Shown here: in pieces, positions 1 through 9,240 of the stretch | Position numbering within the stretch: position 1 is the first letter of the stretch | Layout: each line of letters starts with the position of its first letter | Virus record (IMG/VR): IMGVR_UViG_3300022555_000044 | Reading direction: 5' to 3' (one strand) | DNA length: 64,000 nt | Source: an uncultured virus (IMG/VR IMGVR_UViG_3300022555_000044) | Lineage: Duplodnaviria > Heunggongvirae > Uroviricota > Caudoviricetes | Program-made: the position numbers and the translations under genes | The notes under the pieces: generated by a model | What the model saw: the letters and a program-made list of their open reading frames with translations, nothing else | What the model was told of the DNA's origin: nothing | The model's database searches: none

Positions 1-129
1 CAGAGTTGGTCGATTGAATTCATTATGGGTCAGACCATGATGATGATTGGTGGTGTTCGGGATGTTCAGATTCATGATACAACTCTCTCAACTCTCAGAC
101 ATCCATCCGATTTTTCAGATCATGATTAA
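1..129 (+). CDS. 3' end of a hypothetical protein (partial)
   Basis: Frame 1 is open from base 1 (QSWSIEFIMGQTMMMIGGVRDVQIHD...SDHD) to TAA at 127-129. Confidence 0.5.
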   Translation, partial: QSWSIEFIMGQTMMMIGGVRDVQIHDTTLSTLRHPSDFSDHD

Positions 130-130
130 T

Positions 131-819
131 TTACTCAGGTACTCACTGAAAGTTCGATACTCTAACCGAATAGTTAATCGGCAGGAGTTTATCTGAGTTC
201 TCAATTTTGCCATAACTCGTATAGGTGTATTCACGTATCCACCGAAGGCAAAAGAAGCGCGGGAACATGGTTACTTGCAGAAAGTAAATCATCTATCTTC
301 TTAATTGAAGATGCGGTAACAAAGGAAACTTAGTTACAATGGGTCCTGACACTATAGCAAATTACAACACCCGAAATACTGATCTAGTCAGAGGCCAATT
401 ACGAGAATCCATGTGAAGAAGTTACTATAGTTTAACTTGAGGGTAAGTTAAATTGTAGTAATGGATTATTCTGTAATCTTCATATTTTCTATTCTGGTGG
501 AGCAGATGGAGCCTGACCGATAAGGACATCGAAAGAAAGGCGTCGAAGTCTGATATAACCGTGTTAAATTCCCTACTTTGCATAGGGATACAAGGAACTA
601 GTCTGGGCTTGAAACGATATACAGCTCAGCTTCAAAGATTCCCCAAGTAAGTACAAGGTGCAACCTTGACACAATGGTTATACCCCATCAGAGTAGATCT
701 TTTTCAGACTGACACGTATTAGAGGGAACCTATTTTCATCAGAAAATACCGGAGCTCTAATGAACGGTCTTACTTCTCGGGGTGGTTTTGGTCAAACCAT
801 AACCCCGAGATATTTTTTT
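131..819 (+). ncRNA. Candidate large structured non-coding RNA
   Basis: No ORF of 60 aa or more. Many helices, several with G-U pairs on the + strand (133-141/190-198, 205-211/247-253, 421-438/445-462, 547-553/704-710, 554-560/676-682, 603-609/623-629, 718-724/755-761, 731-737/742-748). Ends in a terminator. Confidence 0.7.
775..819 (+). terminator. Intrinsic terminator
   Basis: TCTCGGGGT (775-783) pairs with ACCCCGAGA (802-810), followed by TATTTTTTT. Confidence 0.8.
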
Positions 820-839
820 CGTCAATTTTTTTTGTAAAG

Positions 840-849
840 GAATAAATTA
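840..849 (+). promoter_or_regulatory. Representative copy of the recurrent GAAYAAAWTA motif (candidate phage promoter)
   Basis: GAATAAATTA just upstream of RBS AGGAGAG and ATG 864; the motif recurs upstream of more than a dozen genes, always in the sense orientation. Confidence 0.6.
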
Positions 850-863
850 TATAGGAGAGAACT

Positions 864-1193
864 ATGAATACTTATAACCTTTTATCAACATTTTTGACCG
901 AACAAGAAATATCTTATTCTAAAGCATCTGTTTCAAAAGAAGTAAATGGAAATAAAGAACACGAAACCAAAACAGATTTTAGTGGTAATATGGTTGGTCT
1001 TGCAGATAAGAAACATTTTACAGAACAAGATGCAAATCCAAACGAGTTAGCTATGGGAATTGAAGTAGAGAAAGAACATACTGCAGATCCAACGATTGCT
1101 AAGAAAATTGCACTTGATCACTTAGCTGAACACAAGAAATATTATACCTACTTGAAACGAATGGAAGATGATGCTACTGCACACAATGAATAA
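864..1193 (+). CDS. DUF5661-like protein
   Basis: ELAMGIEVEKEH...KIALDHLAE...YYTYL motif; RBS present. Confidence 0.65.
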   Translation: MNTYNLLSTFLTEQEISYSKASVSKEVNGNKEHETKTDFSGNMVGLADKKHFTEQDANPNELAMGIEVEKEHTADPTIAKKIALDHLAEHKKYYTYLKRMEDDATAHNE

Positions 1194-1250
1194 TACTATA
1201 TCAATTAGAACAGAAATCTGTGCCAAGGAATAAATTAAAAGGAATTTAAT

Positions 1251-1661
1251 GTGTCTATCTCATTTAACAAGAATTTTTCGTTAGCTTTTGTTTTCTCTAC
1301 TGATCTAAGTAAAGTATTGTTAGAAAATGTTAGTGGAAAATTAGATGGGATAATAGTTGAAAATTCAAAGGACGGAATCGCAGAACCTGAATTATCAGTT
1401 AAAATAAATCAAGTTACTGGTTTAGAAATAAATCCGTCCGAATTAAGAATTGTAACATCGCTTCCAAACATGAATAAAGAGTGGAAAATTGATGTGTACA
1501 TGACGATTACTAATTTTGATAAGATTACAAGTAAAGATATTACTAAGATGGAAACTAGTAGCCTTGAAGATAATTGTCACCCAAGTCTCAAATGGTTAAT
1601 TCCTTTGTGCTTGGATATTTCAGTATACGGATCTACATTTAATCAGATACTAATGAAGTAA
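1251..1661 (+). CDS. Degenerate Nudix-fold protein
   Basis: FVFSTDLSKVLL N-terminus and LKWLIPLCLD C-terminus resemble phage Nudix proteins, but no REUXEEXG box. Confidence 0.4.
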   Translation: MSISFNKNFSLAFVFSTDLSKVLLENVSGKLDGIIVENSKDGIAEPELSVKINQVTGLEINPSELRIVTSLPNMNKEWKIDVYMTITNFDKITSKDITKMETSSLEDNCHPSLKWLIPLCLDISVYGSTFNQILMK

Positions 1662-1680
1662 ATCAAAAAGGGGAAACGAA

Positions 1681-2280
1681 ATGCTAATCATCGGAGAGAA
1701 TCAAGAAGACGCAAATATTTTACATATCATCATTGGTCCAGAAACTGATTTTCAATTTAATATCTCTGGACAATCAATCATGGATGTGACTGAATATGTT
1801 TCTAAGTTTAAGGATGGAAAAAAATGTATTATCGTTCTTAATCAATGTAATTCTGAGGAAGAACTTGTTCAAGAACTTCAGATTAAACAAGCACGAAATC
1901 GAGCTGCTACAATTCTTCAGCAATATTCAGAGAATGAAAATCCTGAAAATTTAGAAAATTCAAATGGATTCAAGAAAGAATCAAAGAAAGAAAAAATAGT
2001 TACAGATAAATCTAATGGTCATGGACTCAAATGTCCGAAGTGTCATGCACCAAATGCAGCTATTGTTTCTAATGGCGAGGTTCATCAGTGTAATGTTTGT
2101 ATGAAAATTGATGAAGGAATTAAGAATGGTGTTGTTCCACCTCCCCCAACAAAAGAAGAACTAGATAAGATCAGAAAAGAAACAGAGAATAATAATCCTC
2201 AACAAAAGAAATCTCATTCTAGATTTTTTAAGAAACCAATTGATCCAACAGATAATAAGGAACCACACGATGGCAACTAA
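1681..2280 (+). CDS. Hypothetical protein with zinc ribbon
   Basis: CPKC...CNVC; RBS AAGGGG. Confidence 0.6.
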   Translation: MLIIGENQEDANILHIIIGPETDFQFNISGQSIMDVTEYVSKFKDGKKCIIVLNQCNSEEELVQELQIKQARNRAATILQQYSENENPENLENSNGFKKESKKEKIVTDKSNGHGLKCPKCHAPNAAIVSNGEVHQCNVCMKIDEGIKNGVVPPPPTKEELDKIRKETENNNPQQKKSHSRFFKKPIDPTDNKEPHDGN

Positions 2281-2464
2281 AACAATGACGTTTAATGAAA
2301 TTCCATCGGGACGAAAATTTAAAGTTCCGACTGGTATTACATATCAAAAGATAAGTGTACAGCAAGCAAAACCAGTTCAACAAGTTGATGGTAAAGTTAT
2401 ATCTAATGGATTATTGACTACTGCATTTTATAATTCTAAATTACAAATGACAGTAGTCAGTTAA
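2270..2464 (+). CDS. Hypothetical protein
   Basis: ATG 2270 after AAGGA, overlapping the upstream gene end. Confidence 0.5.
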   Translation: MATKTMTFNEIPSGRKFKVPTGITYQKISVQQAKPVQQVDGKVISNGLLTTAFYNSKLQMTVVS

Positions 2465-2470
2465 GGTATT

Positions 2471-2947
2471 ATGAATAAACAAATAAAGTATGTAGATATT
2501 TCATGGAATCAAATTGATAAGTATTGTGATAAAATTACTGAAGCTATTGTCAAATCAAAAGTGCTCCCTGATATTATTATTGCTGTTGGCCGCGGTGGTA
2601 TGATTCCAGCAAGAATTTTATCTGATAGATTGGGCATTGATAATGTTCAATTATTTACAATTAAGTTATATAAGGGAATTGCTCAACGAAATAATAAACC
2701 AACGATAGGTAGTTTTTCGATTGATGTAGATAAGAAAAATATTCTTCTTGTTGATGATATTCTTGATTCAGGCCGAACCGTGGAAGCTGTTATAAGTTAT
2801 ATGAAATTGAAGAAACCCACTAGTGTAAAAACTGTAACATTATTGTGTAGAAAAAGTAATAAACGAAAACCAACATTTTTTGCTGAGGAATGCGAAGACG
2901 GTGAGTGGATAGTATTTCCTTGGGAACAAAATGAAACACCAGATTGA
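2471..2947 (+). CDS. Type I phosphoribosyltransferase (xanthine/guanine/hypoxanthine PRT-like)
   Basis: AVGRGGMIPA, LLVDDILDSGRT PRPP-binding loop, WIVFPWE C-terminus. Confidence 0.9.
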   Translation: MNKQIKYVDISWNQIDKYCDKITEAIVKSKVLPDIIIAVGRGGMIPARILSDRLGIDNVQLFTIKLYKGIAQRNNKPTIGSFSIDVDKKNILLVDDILDSGRTVEAVISYMKLKKPTSVKTVTLLCRKSNKRKPTFFAEECEDGEWIVFPWEQNETPD

Positions 2948-2959
2948 AAGATTCATAAC

Positions 2960-3292
2960 ATGACATTTAAAGAATATCAATATAGAGCACACGCAACTTC
3001 TTTAAATACAAAAATTGGAGATAGTACAATTGTATATCCTGTACTAGGACTTGCTAACGAAGCAGGAGAGGTAGCTGGGAAACTTAAGAAACTTTTCAGA
3101 GATAAGAATGGTATTGTAAATCAAGAATTTAAAGATATGATGATTGGTGAATTGGGTGATGTGATGTGGTATCTAGCTGAGACATGTACTCAATTAGAAA
3201 TTTCATTATCTGATATAGCTGATGCTAATATTTTGAAATTAGAATCTCGTAAAGCTAGAGATGTTATCAAAGGATCTGGGGATAATCGTTAA
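2960..3292 (+). CDS. MazG-like NTP pyrophosphohydrolase
   Basis: LGLANEAGEVAGKLKK...ELGDVMWYLA...NILKLESR. Confidence 0.9.
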   Translation: MTFKEYQYRAHATSLNTKIGDSTIVYPVLGLANEAGEVAGKLKKLFRDKNGIVNQEFKDMMIGELGDVMWYLAETCTQLEISLSDIADANILKLESRKARDVIKGSGDNR

Positions 3293-3522
3293 TTTTTTTT
3301 CTCTAGATTTTCATTAATTAACGTAGCGGTGTATGTTCTTTTTCCTCTATTTACATAGCTGATTCTGAACATACACTTCTTCAATTTAAATACTATCCCT
3401 TCTAAGTGATCAAAAACATCATTTATCTCATCTTCATTCACTAAATCAAAACTTCCTAGATCTCCAAGATTAACTTTTGGAGTTTCATCATTTTTTACTT
3501 CTTCTGTTATATTATCATTCAT
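3289..3522 (-). CDS. Hypothetical protein
   Basis: ATGA overlap with upstream gene; RBS AGGA. Confidence 0.55.
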   Translation of the reverse strand: MNDNITEEVKNDETPKVNLGDLGSFDLVNEDEINDVFDHLEGIVFKLKKCMFRISYVNRGKRTYTATLINENLEKKN

Positions 3523-4178
3523 AGTATATTCCTGTGTTTATTTACGTATTTGGCCCAATCTTGTGATGTCATCTGTTCCCGTGTTGAACAATGAACACAT
3601 GTTATAATAGCATTACCATAGTTATCAAAATGATTTAATTTAAACAAATGTTCATGATTTCTTTCAGAACTTCTTAAAAAAGGAAATTGTTGAACTTCAT
3701 TCTGAATATTTTTTAATATAGTTCTCTTATCTCCAATTTGTTTCTCTACTTCATCTTTTGTTTTGATTGTAGAGTTCAACATCTTAGATGATTCATTTGT
3801 TGACATCGGTTCATTGATAGATAATTTAGATAAACTAATTCTTTCTAATCTTTCTTTTCTTCTTTGTTCAGCTAATGCAGCATTTTCTCTTTTAGCTTGT
3901 TCAATCTTTTCAGCTGTCCATTTAAGGGGTCTGCCTTGTGGTCTCTTTGGTTCTTCTACTGATTTAGTTAGATCAGGGGGTATTACAGATTTTGATTCTG
4001 GTTTAACTCTTTCTAATTTTTTAACAGTTCCTATTGATTCTTTTTTTTCATTGCTTGATAGATTAGGATTAGTAACTGAAGAAGATTCACTTCCAAAAAA
4101 GATTCTATTTAATTCTGCCTCAGTAAGATCCTTATCAACTTGTGTTATCTCAGTATTATTTTTCTCATCGGTATCCAT
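3519..4178 (-). CDS. Hypothetical protein, possibly DNA-binding
   Basis: Likely start MDTDEK at 4178 after AAAGGA; RPQGRPLKW AT-hook-like segment and C-terminal H-x-H...CVHC. Confidence 0.55.
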   Translation of the reverse strand: MDTDEKNNTEITQVDKDLTEAELNRIFFGSESSSVTNPNLSSNEKKESIGTVKKLERVKPESKSVIPPDLTKSVEEPKRPQGRPLKWTAEKIEQAKRENAALAEQRRKERLERISLSKLSINEPMSTNESSKMLNSTIKTKDEVEKQIGDKRTILKNIQNEVQQFPFLRSSERNHEHLFKLNHFDNYGNAIITCVHCSTREQMTSQDWAKYVNKHRNIL

Positions 4179-4212
4179 TTTAAAATTCCTTTTATAAACT
4201 TGATATAAATAG

Positions 4213-4253
4213 AAAAAGGCACCTTGAGTAAATTTGTGTTTACTCAAGGTGCC
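4213..4253 (-). terminator. Intrinsic terminator
   Basis: GGCACCTTGAGTAAA / TTTACTCAAGGTGCC perfect stem with A5 on the left (U-tail on minus strand). Confidence 0.8.
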
Positions 4254-4274
4254 CGAAGAAGAGTCTAATCAATA

Positions 4275-5171
4275 TTAATGATTAGCTGTGAAAACGATCT
4301 GACCAAGAACTGCTCTGGTGATTGTAGTTGTTGCAGCTACAATATCAGCTTTATAATTGGTTAGTTTTGCGGGTTTACTTGGATATAGACCAGTCCATAC
4401 GTTATTAGGATCAATACCAGCATTTACAATATCAGAATATACAAGAGCAGATGCATTAGCTGCGATTCTCATAGCATCGATCTTATCAAGATAATATTGT
4501 GCTGTTTGATCTGTAAGTACAGGATCACCTGGGAATGACAGATAATTTTCACCTGTCATTGCTGCGCCGCCTGTTCTGCCGGGCATATCATTAATTGTCC
4601 CATTTTGTAGAATTAGATCAGCTGCCAGTGCAGTAATTGTGGGTCCAACCAAACCATCATTAGCTGAACTTGATGATGCATTGTTATTGTATGGGAATGA
4701 TTCGAATGGATCAATCGGGTTATTTGCGTAATCAAGTGTTCTGAATCCTGTTACATCAGCGAATGTACCAACACTTGTATATACAATACCATCATCTGTC
4801 TCGGCTACAGGAAGAAGAGGTCTTGGTGCTGGTGCAACATATTGATAAGCAGTTCCTGTTCCGCCAGGAGCTGTTACATACGTTGGTTGAGTCTGCCATG
4901 TCTGATCAAGTTCAATGAATCCACGATGTGCCATTCTTAATTTTTGATTCTTACTCAAACGGATGATATCATTACCAGCGAGAGCGTTATCAGCAGGAAT
5001 TACAACGCCAATTGCAGGAACTTCAATTACATCGGTCGGACCAATGAATTCTTGTCTTTTAACTGCAGCAGCAGTATTCAATTCATCTTGGGTAGGAACT
5101 GCCATGATCACTTGTTCCATACCGTTCATTTGATCAATATTTTGTGGAAACGGATAATCTGTAGTACTCAT
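4275..5171 (-). CDS. Hypothetical protein, possibly virion-associated
   Basis: 298 aa, A/T/G/P-rich; own RBS AGGAG, upstream motif at 5222-5231 and downstream terminator. Confidence 0.6.
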   Translation of the reverse strand: MSTTDYPFPQNIDQMNGMEQVIMAVPTQDELNTAAAVKRQEFIGPTDVIEVPAIGVVIPADNALAGNDIIRLSKNQKLRMAHRGFIELDQTWQTQPTYVTAPGGTGTAYQYVAPAPRPLLPVAETDDGIVYTSVGTFADVTGFRTLDYANNPIDPFESFPYNNNASSSSANDGLVGPTITALAADLILQNGTINDMPGRTGGAAMTGENYLSFPGDPVLTDQTAQYYLDKIDAMRIAANASALVYSDIVNAGIDPNNVWTGLYPSKPAKLTNYKADIVAATTTITRAVLGQIVFTANH

Positions 5172-5260
5172 TTTATTTCTCCTTGTATAATCTTTGAAAT
5201 CATTTCTTCTCAGAAATTTTTTAATTTGTTCAGTATATTTTTGATATTAAGAGGCAGGAA

Positions 5261-6310
5261 TTAAAGATATGAAATAAGAACTAATTCGTTTATTAAAGCC
5301 GAAAAATCATGTAGCATCGCATCTTTATTTTCTTTCCAATTTTTTTCTGAAATTCTAAAAACTTTGTAACCCGGAATAGATTTTAAAACAAATTCTCTGT
5401 CAATATCTTTTTGAGTATATGTTTTATAATCATCTATAAAATGTTGCCGTTCATCAAATTCAATAAACAGTTTTAGTTCTGATATATGACCATCAGGAAA
5501 GAAACCAACGATATGACCAATAGATGGGTCATTTCTGTTAATTTTATAAGGTGTGTGATGTTGTAGTTCATTTAAACATATTCGTTCCATATTTCCAATT
5601 CTTGGACACAGCGGTTCATCATTTAATTTTTGATTTTCAATCAGTTTTAAAAAATTAATTCTAGAACATTTTCTTCCTTGTGACGATTTAGACCAATTAT
5701 CAACACCATATCGTTCCATATTTGTTTGTCTTGATTTTTCTTTAACTTTTTCTAATTTACTTTGATTATCGACACCGAATTTTTCTAAATTTGTTTGTTT
5801 AATTTTTTCTTGAATTTCTTTTGATTTAAATGGATTATCAACACCAAGATTTTTTAGATGTATTCGTTTAATTTTTTCTTTAATTTCTTCGCATTTTAAA
5901 TTAGTTGTTTCACCAAATTTTTCTAAACATGTTAACATTTTTATTTTTTGAACTTCTTTTGATTGTAGAGGATGTTTAGTATTATAGTGTTTTATAGATG
6001 TTTGTATTTTCTTTTCTTTGATTTGTTGTGACCGACTTGCATTTTCAACACCAAATTTATCTTTGCATGTTTGAATATATTTTTCTTTAACTGATGATAA
6101 ATTGTTTGAACATTTCAATGAACAGCACACAGAATAACCATTACTCATTCTGCCAAAATTAGTATGTTTTCCACAATAACATACTCCTTCGTTTTCTTTC
6201 TTTAAATATTGATCGTAATAGTCTTTACTTTTTATTTTATGAAAATGAGAAACATGACTAGATAAACTGATATAACCATTACATTCTCTGCCACAAATTT
6301 CACATTTCAT
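5261..6310 (-). CDS. Free-standing putative homing endonuclease (C2H2 Zn finger, helical repeats, Vsr/DUF559-like nuclease)
   Basis: CEICG...HVSHFH; repeated (K/N)(F/Y)GVDN...EKIKQT units; FPDGHISELKLFIEFDE. Confidence 0.75.
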   Translation of the reverse strand: MKCEICGRECNGYISLSSHVSHFHKIKSKDYYDQYLKKENEGVCYCGKHTNFGRMSNGYSVCCSLKCSNNLSSVKEKYIQTCKDKFGVENASRSQQIKEKKIQTSIKHYNTKHPLQSKEVQKIKMLTCLEKFGETTNLKCEEIKEKIKRIHLKNLGVDNPFKSKEIQEKIKQTNLEKFGVDNQSKLEKVKEKSRQTNMERYGVDNWSKSSQGRKCSRINFLKLIENQKLNDEPLCPRIGNMERICLNELQHHTPYKINRNDPSIGHIVGFFPDGHISELKLFIEFDERQHFIDDYKTYTQKDIDREFVLKSIPGYKVFRISEKNWKENKDAMLHDFSALINELVLISYL

Positions 6311-6774
6311 TTTAACTGATTCAACAATACTTCTTTTAATTGATTTAACATCGGAAGGTTTTCTACCTCTTCTTTTTTAGAAACCCATTTAAACTCATTA
6401 TGTTCTGCACGGCCATTTGAGCCGGCCCATGTTGCAGGTTTTAATTGAACATCTATATTTTCCGTTTTACATTTATAAATATGCATCAAAGAATTAATAC
6501 CGCATTCTGGGATTTTTAACGTAACAGATTTAACTTTTGAAATGTCATCAATCTTAAGATTGGTTTCCTCGAATACTTCTCGTTTTAATGCAGAAGTTTG
6601 ATCTTCTCCAGTTTCAATGCCACCACCAGAAAAATCCCAATTACCAGCACCACCTTCACCCTCTTGTCTTCTAAGAATCAAAATCTTTTTTTCAGGACAA
6701 AATACGATTGCTTTAACAGAATCTTTTTTTTCGAATGATCGATTCTCTTTTAGAAACTTATTGATAATCTTCAT
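6307..6774 (-). CDS. Nudix hydrolase
   Basis: Complete Nudix box GGGIETGEDQTSALKREVFEETNL. Confidence 0.92.
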   Translation of the reverse strand: MKIINKFLKENRSFEKKDSVKAIVFCPEKKILILRRQEGEGGAGNWDFSGGGIETGEDQTSALKREVFEETNLKIDDISKVKSVTLKIPECGINSLMHIYKCKTENIDVQLKPATWAGSNGRAEHNEFKWVSKKEEVENLPMLNQLKEVLLNQLK

Positions 6775-6775
6775 A

Positions 6776-7297
6776 TTACCCCTTCATGAATTTAAGTATA
6801 TCTTCTATTTCATCTACTTCTTTGATTTTCACACTATTTAATTTATTCGACATACTATCTGATACGATTCTATTATAGATATCAGGATGATAGTTATAAT
6901 TTAGAATCAACGAAATTTTAATCTGATCACTACTATAACCCTGATCTATAAAACTATCAACCAGTATCTTACTATCTTTTAGATTCTGATTATAGAAATT
7001 TGATAATCCAATGATTTCACTTTTTTTGCTTTTTAATGAAATTAACGATTTTATATAACCGGGATTAATATAATCAAATTCTAATATAAAGATGTTGTTA
7101 AGTGGTATATTATAAATAGATTCAAGATCAAGTTCCTCATAATTAAATATTCTTATTCCTTGTCTTGGTTTAATTTTTACAGATGTAATAACCAGATCAG
7201 CGGTATAGTCAACATGGGGAAAGATGGTTGTCAAGAATTGTTCATAGAATTCTTCTTGATCAGATATCTTTTCCTTGAGGTAACATAGGTTGATCAT
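6776..7297 (-). CDS. Hypothetical protein
   Basis: 173-aa ORF packed in an operon. Confidence 0.55.
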   Translation of the reverse strand: MINLCYLKEKISDQEEFYEQFLTTIFPHVDYTADLVITSVKIKPRQGIRIFNYEELDLESIYNIPLNNIFILEFDYINPGYIKSLISLKSKKSEIIGLSNFYNQNLKDSKILVDSFIDQGYSSDQIKISLILNYNYHPDIYNRIVSDSMSNKLNSVKIKEVDEIEDILKFMKG

Positions 7298-7556
7298 TTG
7301 ATTTTTCAGCTATTATTTTCTTTACAGATAAAATCTCTTGAACATGGGGGTTAGACTCTAATAATTTTTTAACCATATCTTGGAAAGTCACTTCTCTATC
7401 AGTAATACAAATAATTGCAGCAATCAAAGCATTTGTAAACTGAGGAAGAGTTTCAGATTTATCTAATACAGATTTCAGAACAACATCATCTTGCGCAAGA
7501 GTTGTAATAACTTCAAAGAGCTTTGGATCTATAATATTTTTTACTTGTGGATTCAT
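7260..7556 (-). CDS. Hypothetical protein
   Basis: 98-aa ORF with GGAG RBS. Confidence 0.55.
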   Translation of the reverse strand: MNPQVKNIIDPKLFEVITTLAQDDVVLKSVLDKSETLPQFTNALIAAIICITDREVTFQDMVKKLLESNPHVQEILSVKKIIAEKSNDQPMLPQGKDI

Positions 7557-7559
7557 TAT

Positions 7560-7718
7560 TTACTCCATCAAGATTTTAGTGTTCTCTGAGAGCCCGAATT
7601 TTCTTTTGATTTTTGAATTAATAGGTTTCTCTACTTCACAAACCCCACTAGGACAATTTGGACATTGGTTTTTCTTCTCTTTTTTTTCTTCTTCAATCTT
7701 ACTTTTCTTATTATTCAT
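7560..7718 (-). CDS. Small Cys-containing hypothetical protein (52 aa, absent from ORF track)
   Basis: MNNKKSKIEEEKKEKKNQCPNCPSGVCEVEKPINSKIKRKFGLSENTKILME; RBS GAGGAG; ATGA overlap with the upstream stop. Confidence 0.6.
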   Translation of the reverse strand: MNNKKSKIEEEKKEKKNQCPNCPSGVCEVEKPINSKIKRKFGLSENTKILME

Positions 7719-8782
7719 TTTAACTCCTCTATTAACGTTTGAAATTGCTGTATGATTTTTTCTTTATTTGAAGTCCAATCCTTTTCTGATACCCGAAAAA
7801 CAATATATCCCAATGATGCTAGTTGTAAAGTACAATCAATATCATTCTGAGTATGATATTTGTTAGTGTGCCAGTGTTCATCAAACTGAATGAAAAGCTT
7901 TAATTCAGGAATATGGCCGTCGGGAAATCGACCAATCATATATCTAAAAGAAATATCATTTCGAATGATATTATAAACAGTATACTGTTGAAGATCATTT
8001 AAAAAGAGTCGTTCATCATCACCAACTCGTGGTGATAGGGGTTCACCATATAGTGTTTGATTTTCAATCATTCTTATAAAATTGATTCTAGATAATTCTT
8101 TTCCTTGCGGTGTTTTTGAAAAATTATCAACACCATAATGATCCATGCATGTTTGTTTGGATCTTTCTTTGATTTCATTCGATTGTAATGGGTATTCGAC
8201 ACCATAGTTTAAAACAAGAGAATTTTGTTGTTTCTTTCTTAATAATTCATTTTGAAGTGGGTTTTCACATCCATATTTAGTTTGACATGTTTGTTTATAT
8301 TGATTTCTGAACCCGATAACCTGTAACGCGCATGTTGTTCCATATTTTTCTTTAAATGAATTTTTTATTTTTTGTTTTGTTTTATCTAAACTTGATAAAT
8401 TCTTAACTCCAAAATTTTCTAAATTCATCTGATCTAATATTTTTCTGGCTTCTGAATGTAACATGCTTTTGACACCATGATTTTTAAAGCATGTTTCTTC
8501 TTTTTTCTTTTTAATAAATTCGCATTGACTAATATTATCAACACCATATTGTTCTTTAATTGCTATTTGCGATAATTTAAAAGAATGTTTGTTACATGTT
8601 TTTCTATAACCTTTTTGTAATGATATAAATGTTGTTGATTTAGAACAAAAAAGACAAGTATCTTCATTTTCAGTTTTTATAAATTTATCGTAATAATCTT
8701 TTGTTTTCCAACCATGTTTTAAAAATATATGGTGTCTAGATTGATCAAAGGAAAATTCTTGACTACAAAGTTTACATTTCAT
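7715..8782 (-). CDS. Free-standing putative homing endonuclease (C2H2, repeats, Vsr/DUF559-like)
   Basis: CKLC...HHIFLKH; YGVDN repeats; FPDGHIPELKLFIQFDE. Confidence 0.75.
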   Translation of the reverse strand: MKCKLCSQEFSFDQSRHHIFLKHGWKTKDYYDKFIKTENEDTCLFCSKSTTFISLQKGYRKTCNKHSFKLSQIAIKEQYGVDNISQCEFIKKKKEETCFKNHGVKSMLHSEARKILDQMNLENFGVKNLSSLDKTKQKIKNSFKEKYGTTCALQVIGFRNQYKQTCQTKYGCENPLQNELLRKKQQNSLVLNYGVEYPLQSNEIKERSKQTCMDHYGVDNFSKTPQGKELSRINFIRMIENQTLYGEPLSPRVGDDERLFLNDLQQYTVYNIIRNDISFRYMIGRFPDGHIPELKLFIQFDEHWHTNKYHTQNDIDCTLQLASLGYIVFRVSEKDWTSNKEKIIQQFQTLIEELK

Positions 8783-8788
8783 AACGTT

Positions 8789-8826
8789 AAAAAAGAGGGT
8801 CTCTAATCTTTCAATTAGAGACCCTC
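8789..8826 (-). terminator. Intrinsic terminator after khpA
   Basis: GAGGGTCTCTAAT / ATTAGAGACCCTC 13-bp stem with A6 on the left. Confidence 0.8.
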
Positions 8827-8872
8827 AAAATTGTTTAAGTTAATAACAGTTATCGTTTTAGATTATAACATA

Positions 8873-9115
8873 TTACTTTTCAACATGTGCATTGATATCG
8901 ACCGTGTAACGTTTTTTCGTCTTAAAAGAAGCTGCATAGATAATATTACGAATGCTCTGGGCTGTTTTTCCAGACTTGCCAATAACTTTACCCAAATCAC
9001 TCTTGTCAACCATGATTTCAATAATCACTGAATTTCCACCCTCGACTTCATTCACGACTACTCGCTTTTCAAGATCAACAATACTCTTTACAATAGTTTC
9101 GATTAGCTGCTTCAT
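8873..9115 (-). CDS. khpA: KH-domain RNA-binding protein, KhpA/YlqC family
   Basis: MKQLIETIVKSIVD...DLGKVIGKSGKTAQSIRNII, GxxG loop; start at 9115 after AAAGGA. Confidence 0.88.
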   Translation of the reverse strand: MKQLIETIVKSIVDLEKRVVVNEVEGGNSVIIEIMVDKSDLGKVIGKSGKTAQSIRNIIYAASFKTKKRYTVDINAHVEK

Positions 9116-9240
9116 TTTGTTTTCCTTTGTTGTTTTCCAGTGGAACATATTTGGTTAATTCTTTATTAAGTATTACTCGATAGTTGAATTTATATTACCT
9201 TTTAATATGTTCTTGAATTATTAATTTGAATCTTTTAAAT

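Noticed and set aside
131..819. tRNA, tmRNA, RNase P RNA or group I/II intron
   Set aside because: No cloverleaf or CCA end, no GAGGAAAGUCC, no recognisable group I core or group II domain V; the upstream ORF has its own stop and the region ends in a terminator
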